A stretch of 64,000 nucleotides of DNA. Source: Eledone cirrhosa. Lineage: Eukaryota. The notes under the pieces are model-generated. The model did not search any database. It was not told where the DNA came from and was given only the letters and a program-made list of their open reading frames with translations. The stretch lies in contig OZ024742.1 in the NCBI GenBank assembly GCA_964016885.1, forward strand, positions 292,206,001-292,270,000, in the 5' to 3' direction. The number at the start of each line of letters is the position of its first letter. Positions within the stretch are counted from its first letter, which is position 1. Shown here piece by piece: positions 54,640 to 64,000 of this stretch. Made by a program: the position numbers and the translations under genes.

Positions 54640-55055
54640 AATATGGTTTTATAAATATAGTTTCCATTTATTAATATCGTATATCTACTCCCAAAACTTG
54701 TCGAGTGCTTTATATCAGTTATAAAATATTTACTTGTTGTATCCCAACAATTTTAAATAGGACTTTTGCATATATATATATATGTTTATATATATATATA
54801 TCATATATATATATATATATGATAAAGTTATATCTGCATAAATATAGAGTGTGTAACCAACAGTGCACCAGCATTTATAAATATATACACATATTTAATA
54901 TGTAGGCACGTAAACATGCCAGTAAATAAAAATTTCCCTGTAAATTAAAAAATTATAAACACCTTTAACATACATATAAATAAATAAATAAATATATATA
55001 TATATATATATGTCACCACCATTTAATGTCAGCTATATATGTACATATGTAAACA

Positions 55056-56742
55056 GACGCTCTTTTCATTATACAACAACTACAGGAGAAGTACCTAGTT
55101 AAAAGTAAACCCTATACTTAGATTTTGTTGACTTGGAGAAAGCCTTTGACAGAGTACCTCACTCGATTATCTGGTGGGCCTCTTAGAAAACTAGGTGTTG
55201 ATGAATGGCTTGTGAGAGCTATACAAGCCATGTATAAAGAAACAGTAAGCAAGGTTAGAATTAACAACGAATATAGTGAAGAGTTTAGCGTAAAAGTTGG
55301 TGTTCATCAGGGCACCGTCCTTAGCCCCCTACTATTTATTATTGCCCTTCAGGCTATAACAGAGGAGATCAAGACCGGCTGCCCATGGGAACTTCTATAC
55401 ACAGATGATCTAACGCTCATAGCTGAATCAATGGCTGAACTAGAGAAGAAATTCCAAACATGGAAGCATGGCCTAGAATCAAAAGGCCTTAAAATTAACC
55501 TGTCTAAGACGAAAGTTCTAGTTTGTAGGAAGGAAAATAGGGCACTGGTCCCATCTGGGAAATGGCTATGCTCAGTGAGTAGGAAAGAAGTAGGGGGGAA
55601 ACTCCATTTTATGTCCCAAATGCAAAGTATGGGTGCATAAAAGATGTAGTGGGATCACAGGTAAGCTAACTAAGAATATAGATTTTATATGTGGCTGGTG
55701 CTCAGGTGCAATAAGTAGCAGCAAGTGCCCACAGAATACTAGCTCATTCCATTGCACAGATGGTTCTATAGAAATAGTGGACACCTTCCGTTACCTGGGT
55801 GACAAAATCAGCAGTGGTGGAGGGTGTTCTGAAAGTATAGTAGCTAGAGTCAGAACGGGAGGGAAAAAGTTCAGAAAGCTTATACCACTATTGGCCGCTA
55901 AAGGGTTCTCTCTAAAAATGAAAGGCAGGCTGTATGATGCCTGCATACGAACAGCAATGTTACATGACAGTGAGACTTGGGCATTGTGTGCAGAGGATAT
56001 ACACAGACTGGAGAGGAACGAAGCTTGCATGCTCCGCTGGATGTGTAATAGTAATATACGGGAACGGCAAAGCATAAATGAACTAAGGGAGAAATTAGGA
56101 ATAAGAGGAATCAGATGTTGTTTACTCGAGAGAAGACTACATTGGTATGGTCATGTGATGCGCATGAAAGACGACAGCTGTATAAAAAAGTGCAGGGCGA
56201 TAAAAATAGACGGTAGCCACGGAGTAGGCAGACCCAGAAAAACCTGGGATGACTTGATAAATTCTGACCTCACACACTTACACCTCCCCAAGACAATGTC
56301 ACTGGACCAAGATCTTTGGCGCTATACAGTAATAGAGAAGACCCGCCTTGCCTAAGTACAAAGCGAAACCTACAGTCAGTAGGCACCTCTAACAAAAATA
56401 CACCCCGTCCCACCGTCCCCACCCCATCTACACCACCCCTTTCGATGTAATGTTATGTTGGTACCACAACATCCAGTCCTAAATAAATGAGGTCGTGTAG
56501 GTGTCACGACAAAAAACACACAGTCCATGCTGTAATGTGGCCGTGTAGGTAACACGGTAAAAACCTCCCAGTCCACACTGTAAACGTGGTTGGTGTTAGG
56601 AAGGGCATCCAGCCATAGAAAACCCGCCAGACAGTCCTATATGAGCAAGACAACCAATCTTGCCTCAAGTGGGAAAACTCCCATCCAAACCCATGCTAGT
56701 GTGGAAGATAGACGTTAAACGATGATGATGATGATGATGATG
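55056..56742 (+). mobile_element. RTE LINE subfamily 2, 5'-truncated, frameshifted
   Basis: ORFs 55125-55640 and 55633-56355 with GVHQG, LLYTDD, FRYLG; (ATG)n tail. Confidence 0.93.
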
Positions 56743-57615
56743 TAAATTCCATCAAAATGAAAGGCAGATTGTACGATGCTTGTGTACAAACAGCAAAGCT
56801 ACATGAAAGTGAGACCTAAGTAATGTGAGCAGAACCTACAAAGGTTGGAAAGAAGTGAAGCTTGTATGTTCCATTGGTTGTGTAATGGTATTATGCATGA
56901 ATAGCAAAGCATCAATAATACATTACTTAGTTCCCAGAACTTCTTCCATGTATAGCTCACTCCAGATACTGTGCATCCTCTCCACTATTTCTAACATCTT
57001 CAGCTGTAGCTCACTCCATAAACTATTAACAATTAAATGTAGCTGCTGCATTATTTAATAATCTCTTTACACTTCAACATTTTTATGTACCCACTTAGTA
57101 CATATTGTACATTAAATGGAGTCCACTCCAACACCTTTCCTACCCAGCACATGGCCACCTCCCTGTTCTTTTCACTTCACCAAATGACATCACATTTGTC
57201 TTTCCAATATTCCCCTTCAATACTTTTACCTCAACATATTCCTTCCACCTACTCATTTTCTCTCTCAGTCCATTTATACTCTTCACTATTAACACCAGGT
57301 CATCTGCATAGAACAGCAAATTCCAAGGTAAACCGTACTTTACACTTCAGGCCAATTCCTCCATCACAATTAAAATAGTAGTGGGCTTAATACTGTCAAT
57401 TGGTGCACTCAACTCTTCACTTCAAAATCAACACTGATCTTGCCTTTCATCCTTATAACTCTATGCACCTTTTTATGTATATCTAGTTTAGAATAAATTG
57501 CACTGTAATAAGTGTCTATGAGATTGGTACCAGAAAGAGCATCTGGCCATAAAACAATGGCTTAAAAACGACCTCAATACGATTATAACATACATATTTT
57601 TATATATATATATAT

Positions 57616-57709
57616 TAATTAGAAAGTTTACAACACAATATATAACTACTCTATTACCAAAGGTTTCAGTAATGGAGTAGTTATATACTGTGTTGTTCAC
57701 TTTCTAATT
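57616..57709. repeat. Imperfect hairpin in a short (TA)n-flanked unit
   Basis: aattagaaagt...tataactactctattac / gtaatggagtagttata...actttctaatt. Confidence 0.7.
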
Positions 57710-58000
57710 GAGTAGCTCTGTTTTATGCATAGAGCACTCTTTTTTCCTTTGCTTTTTCTTCAGAAATACTTAACATATATATATAGTTTAAAGTAATTCG
57801 TTTTCAAATACAAAAAAACAGATAATTGTAGGTAAAGAAGTTATAAAGCTAAAAATATGAGATTTATTACAATAAAGCGTACATAAGGCTTCATGCAATT
57901 TCATAGAAAGGTATAAAATCCTAATATGAACGATTATGAATTCACACAGAGCAAGAAATACTTCGAAAATTAAAACCAACCACTGTTAACTATATCATAT

Positions 58001-58064
58001 TTTAATTTACATATGTTTCATCCTTAATACCAAGGGCTCAATATTAGGGATCCCCAGAAGTAAA
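58001..58064 (-). ncRNA. Degenerate type I hammerhead ribozyme (A6G core change)
   Basis: Minus strand: tttactt-CTGGGGA-tccctaata...tattaagga-t-GAAA-catatg-TA-aattaaa. Confidence 0.6.
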
Positions 58065-58849
58065 TAAGATATAACTACCTTATCCATATTTCGTCCAACA
58101 ATATATTGTATCAGAGCATTTTGTTTACATTTTAAAAAAACACAGCATCATACTAGGAAATGGTATTTACCACGAGAATCACAACTATAATTATTCACAT
58201 GGGCCCTCAAACAAGTAATTATTCACATGGGCCCTCAAACGAATAGACATCCATTATATGAATATTATAGTCATAGTTATAAGCAATATATCTTTTTTGC
58301 ACAATAAATTCAGCATAAATATTAAAGTTTTCAAGAAGGAGATTAAGTTTCATATGCTAAATTATACACACACCATCACACATTGTGAGTATGTATGTGT
58401 GTATTTGTGTAAATATATTTACACACTTATTTACTGTTCTTGTTTTGATGCTGTTGTATTCAAAAAAATAATAGAATTTTTAACTCGAAATGTATATCGA
58501 CTTGTATGTGTGATGGTGTGTGTACAATTTAGCATGTAAAACTTACTCTCCTTTAATATTTTATACTTGTAGACAGTCTTCTGAAAGAGTGAAGCATTAT
58601 TGATGGAGTTTCTTCATTGTTTGATTATAATAATAAAAGAAAAAAATTCTGCTGAGGAAGATAGGGTAAAGGATAAAGGCCTCCTTCGGTTATTAATGAC
58701 CACGGGATTTGCACCTAGAATGCTCTCCTCCAACGTACAAGTCCGAACAAGGTTGTTTGTGGAAGACCAGCAGTTGTCCATGCATATCGGTCACCTCCCC
58801 TCCATACCACCGATATTATCCAAGGGAAAGGCAATGGTCCATACAGCTT

Positions 58850-59005
58850 GGCATCAGTGACATTGCAACTCATTTTTACAGCTGAATAAACTGGAGCAAC
58901 AGGAAATAAAGTGACTTGTTCAAGGACACAATGCATCACTCAGTCCAAAAATCAACCTCCCAATTGCAAGTCCAATGCTCTAACCATTAAGCCATGCAAC
59001 TTCAT
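58850..59005 (-). mobile_element. Older SINE family B-related copy
   Basis: Minus strand: catggcttaatggttagagcattgg...gtccttgaacaagtcacttt...ctccagtttattcagctg. Confidence 0.68.
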
Positions 59006-61349
59006 TGAGGAGGGTATATATATATATATATATATATATAATGAAAAATTTGAACAGGGACAGAACAGAGAGGCAGTACAATAAATGTTTATTAAATTCA
59101 CGCTCAGGAGAGTGGGGGGTAGGTATATATATATATATATATATACATATATGGGTGTATGTGTGTGTGTGTGTGTATATGTGTGCATGTATGTGTTTAT
59201 GCTTTTGTTCATGCCCTATAACTTAGCATAAACGGGATTGATAAAATAAATAACAGATAAGAAAAGATGTACAAGGGTTAATATGATCTACTAACTCTCT
59301 TTAAGGTGGTACCCAACATGATTGTAGTCATATGACTGGAATGGGTAAAAGGTTAAAAGAATATTCCTGGATAAAAGTAAAAAGATAAAATAGATTAATA
59401 AATATAATAACAAAAAAAAAATGGTTGAATAAAAAAAGAAATGGAATGTAACTGAAGCCATCTGTATATTCTTCTGGAACTATGAAACATTTTGGAATAA
59501 GAAGGTATCACGTTTGGTTTATATTCTTTTAACTTGTTTATATTGTCTTCGATTTTTGGCAATATCCATCAAGTAGGCGAGATGTGTTCTGAATACTAAA
59601 CGTCACATTTAGTTATTATATTTCTCCATTTTACCATTATCTATTGATGGCAACTGTAATTACAATACTTCTTTTATTGAACAAGCATGTTCTGTGTTTC
59701 TGATTTTTGTCTTCGGTTTCAATGTTTTTATGTCTAAGAATCTTTTTTTCTGGTTTGATAGTTGGCCTGTACTGTAAGCACAGTAACACTGATAAATAGT
59801 TCTCACTTTTAGCAGAAAATTCGAAATTCAGAAGTAAGGTTGAAAAAAATTACCAAAAGAACTTGAAAAAGAAATATACACTAAAAGTTCTGTAGAAATA
59901 TGAATAAAAATAGCATGACTGAAGATAGATTTCTTTAAATATATTTATATCATTCTAGACCTAAAAACATAAAAGGATATTCTATTTTTTCCTTTCCTCA
60001 TTCAAAATGTTTAATTATTTGAAACTCAAAAAATACTTTGCAATGTTAAATGGAGCTAAACGTGAATTTATATCTGTTAGTTTAATGAGTAAAGTTGACT
60101 TGATCTTAAATTAAAACTGTTGTCTCAGTTACATTATTAATGTTCCTCTTAGTTTAAGACTTGAAGTCTTTTATATCTTGATGAAGTTTTTATAACTATG
60201 GCAGAAGTACTGATTCATGTTCTTTGCCAACATTTTTACGTTTATTTATTAGTATGTTCACTATATAATGATTTATTTAGAAGCACCACAATTCTAAAAG
60301 TAAGTAAATACTGAGAGAGATTGGAGAATGCCTGTATTCAGCCAAAATTCTCTCACCTCTTTCTGTTCAAACAAGCTGTAACTGGCCACTCATACTGATG
60401 TTAAGGTATTGTTCTCAAAAATAAATAATATCAAAATCTCATAGATTCAATATTATGTGAGATAATTATTTGAGGTAAAGCCTTTGACGTGAAAATATAA
60501 TAGTAAATATAGAGTAATGTAAATGCTAAAGGGTTAATGAAGAGGTGATGAACAAATTGAGCCTACAAAGAGAGGACCCTATGCTCCTGTCAATCTCATT
60601 AGACTCTGTAAATTGGCAAGATTGGTTCCATAATCAAACACACCCAGTACAACCTTTAAAATGGTAGAGTAAGGGACATCATAAAATACACCCACTACAC
60701 TCTGGAAAGTTGGACGTTAGATAATGATGATGATGATATATATGACAGGTTTCTAAACAGTTTCAATTTACCGAATTTCACTCACAAGGCATTGATAAAC
60801 CTGAGGCTATAAAATGCCACACAGTGGGACTGAACCCCCAAAACATGTGGCTGCAAAACATATTCCTTAACCCCACAGCCATTCCTGTACCTATATACAT
60901 GTGGTTATAAGGTGAAAAGTAAAATAATTATGTATAATCATTTAGATGATTAAAATATTGTCAGAAACATATTGTTTTATAACCTTGATATTTACATTTA
61001 GAAATTAAAAATTTCCTAAGGCTTCTTTGGTGAAGTTTTATTATCTAATACCTGATTGATTGTTTCACCTGTTGATTGATTGCTTAACAGTTTCTGTTTA
61101 TATTAAAAGGAATCTCAGTAATTATTCTGCCTATAGACATTAGTCTTTATTGAAATGTTGCCATGGACCATTGCCAAAGGCTGATGTCAATACAAATGTT
61201 CTATTTATTCTAACGATCCTTTATCTTCAACAACAATGATAAACAATATATATATATATATATATAGAATAGAATGAAACGAAATTTCATTTCTCACTCA
61301 TACTACTGTACGTCTGTATACATATATGTATGTACGTATACATACATAC

Positions 61350-61419
<70 letters not shown>

Positions 61420-62420
61420 AGATTCAGGATCCCGACGGCTGAGCTCCGGCCGTTTCGATAACTAGATCCAAACTATATATATATATATATATATAACTTA
61501 CTTCCATCTGTATTTGAAAGAAACACATGTACATCAAATAATTTATCAAACCTTGGTTTTTAAAAACACTAAAGGAGACAACTTAGAAAAATTACCGATT
61601 TTCCAACACCCCTACTTATTCCACCCCCTCTCCCTATTATTTCAAACCCAAGAGCATAGCAATTTGGTGTTTTGTTCAAAAATGAGCTGAGACTAACTAA
61701 ATGAGAGTGTGACAATTGTTTCTGTTCAGGCTGAATTCTGTATGAAGAGATGCAGAAGAACTTTGAGTTCAGATGTAAAGAGTTAGATACCAGTTACTGT
61801 TGTCTGATTGATCTAATAAACCAGTGAAAACTGGTAGATGACTAAAACTTGCCCTGTTTGAATGAGGGTCACTACAGAATAAACCTCATTAATGCCAGAT
61901 ATCATTCAACTTCTTTAACCCTTTAGCATTTACATTACTTTATATTTACTAATGTATTTTCTTGATAAAAGCTTTACCTTACATAATTATCTCACATAAT
62001 ATCGAATCTATGAGATTTTGATGTTCAAAGCTAAATTCTAGTTCTATTCTACTATACCTTGAGCCAACTTATACAGTTTCATATGCAAATGAGATTAATC
62101 ACCTCATTTACACAGACGAAAAAGCTATATGATTTCTCCCGTTTCCAAAGTCCAGCAGTTGCAAGAATGGGAGAGATTGTCCTGACAAGAACCAGTTGAG
62201 ACCGAAATGCATCAACGATTGTCCCCCCCCCCCCTGCTTCTGCTGGACACCATAGGATGGTGTTAGCTGCTATGGCTTTCTAAATATTTATTTATAAAGA
62301 TACTGTATTTCTTTAGAAATATGAAATTCAAATATATTTATATATATAAACATATTTATACATATAGATATACATTTATATACATATAGATATACATATA
62401 TATATACATATACATATATG

Positions 62421-62768
62421 TGGAGGCACATGGCTTAGTGGTTAGAGCATTGGCCTTGCAATCGAAAGGTTGTGAGTTCAATTCTCAGACCGGGTGATGT
62501 GTTGTTTCCTTGAGCAAGACACTTTATTTCACATTGCTCCAGTTTACTCAGCTGTAGAAATGAGATGATAGGGACTGGGGTCCATATCATTCCACTGCAA
62601 AGTGGTCGTGGAGGTGCCACGGCAAAAAAGCACCCAGCACTCACTGTAAATGAGGTTGGTGTTAGGAAGGGCATCCAGCTGTAGAAATCAAGCTAGAATC
62701 AGTTCCCGTCCCACCCTTGCAAGCAGGGAAAAAGCGGACGTAAAATGAAATGATGATGATGAAATGAT
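62421..62768 (+). mobile_element. SINE family B, full length
   Basis: Near-identical to 5032-5378. Confidence 0.88.
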
Positions 62769-63383
62769 ATACATACATATACATATATACATATACATAC
62801 ATATACATATATATATATATACACACACGCATACACACATATAAAGTGTCTGTGGTGATGAGACCGAGGAGACTGCTAATCATGTGAGTACTCAATACAT
62901 GGGGGGTACTGGTCAGGTTGCCAGTTTGTCCAATGGCAAGTGGGAACCAGGGGGCCCACGGCAGCATTGCAAGAGCTCACAGTAGCATTGCCCACTGTAG
63001 TATTTTAGGGGCTAAATGCTTTGCTTTCAAAATATACCTGAAATCTAAGAGAAAGAATAAAATAAAAATTGCTTAAAACAATTAAGCAAAGTATTTGGTC
63101 AACCAATTACTCTGGGAATTACTAGAAACCAAAATATACGATAGTGCAAATAGCTGGAATCAGTGGATGTGCATTCCATGCATGCAAACATATAGACACA
63201 GACACACTCTTAAGGGTGAAACTAATAATTGTTTCTATTTTTGGCACAAGGTTCCACGTTTTTTTATTTTCTGTTTACTGTCTCAACTATAAAATATATT
63301 TATATACTTATATACGAACTACTGACCAAATAATATTTGGTATCAATGGGTTAAACATATCTGTCAAATCAATGAGTTGTGAA

Positions 63384-63598
63384 GGTGGCCTAGCGGTAGG
63401 TACTAGGGATGGTGGAGATCCTGGCCACTGGTTCAATCCTGGCCAAGAGGTACATGTAACCTTTTTCAGTTTTAATTTTACAACCAATAGAAAAAAACTG
63501 AAAATGTTTACCGGGAATCCTACACCCGACCAGGGTTGAACTTCAGACCAGGTTCACCACCGTCTATGATTCTTCCAACTAGGCCACTGAGACAGCTA
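63384..63598. other. Two convergent degenerate tRNA-like (pol III A/B-box) segments
   Basis: + strand: gtggcctagcggtagg...ggttcaatcc; - strand: gtggcctagttgg...agttcaaccc. Cloverleafs are not intact. Confidence 0.35.
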
Positions 63599-64000
63599 CA
63601 AAAGATAATGAAAATTGATAATTATAAACCTACTTTCAAAATCAATGTTTAAATGAGCTGGTGTCGTTCATGGCTTTCCTAGAGCTATTAGTAATATTTA
63701 AAGTCGACTTGTCAATCTTCTGGCCCTTTGGTAACAACTTTATTATTCCTATGTGTGTTTAACTGTTGAATTAATTTAATTTGATTATTTTAGCAAACAA
63801 ATAATATATATATATAGATTCAAATATCAGAGAGAGAAAGAGAGAGGTGGGGGAGAAATGAGGTGCAACAGAAATGAAACATGGATTACAGGTTAAAATA
63901 TGGTCTAGATAGATGTGAAACAAAATGAGGATGTAGTTCATGGAACACCCAAATGATTTAGAAGTCGACCTTAAGTAGGAGCAATAATATTAAGAAAGAC

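Larger units (their letters stand above)
53264..54684. mobile_element. 1.4-kb palindrome (two arms of about 690 bp, about 40-bp spacer) of an HHR-bearing unit; right arm continues to about 54770
   Basis: 53264-53954 is the reverse complement of 53996-54684 with few mismatches. HHRs at 53308-53372 (-) and 54575-54639 (+). Flanked by TA tracts. Confidence 0.9.

Overview
AT-rich, microsatellite-dense eukaryotic DNA, almost entirely repeat-derived. The repeat content (RTE LINEs with (ATG)n tails, tRNA-derived SINEs, long (TA)n tracts) suggests a mollusc, probably an octopus or other cephalopod; this is an inference. No host gene could be called with confidence. Recognisable elements: at least six 5'-truncated RTE-clade LINE copies (two subfamilies; the longer copies show a C4HC3 PHD-like finger inserted in the RT); two tRNA-derived SINE families, one sharing its 3' tail with the RTE; two tail-to-tail Penelope-like elements (RT plus GIY-YIG) of different lineages; a decayed RepHel Helitron with a short non-autonomous Helitron at its 3' end; Tx1/L1-type fragments; a mariner relic; and TTAA-flanked MITEs. 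The most striking signal, found by eye, is about 15-18 type I hammerhead ribozyme (HHR) motifs. Most lie in short non-coding units between (TA)n tracts, which occur as circularly permuted monomers, 1.5-mers or long fold-back palindromes. Many have palindromic minimal stem III, U3-A8 core covariants, or very long branched stem II. This looks like a diverse population of Penelope pLTR-derived or retrozyme-like ribozyme elements associated with (TA)n. Folding was by inspection only, and boundaries are approximate to a few bases.
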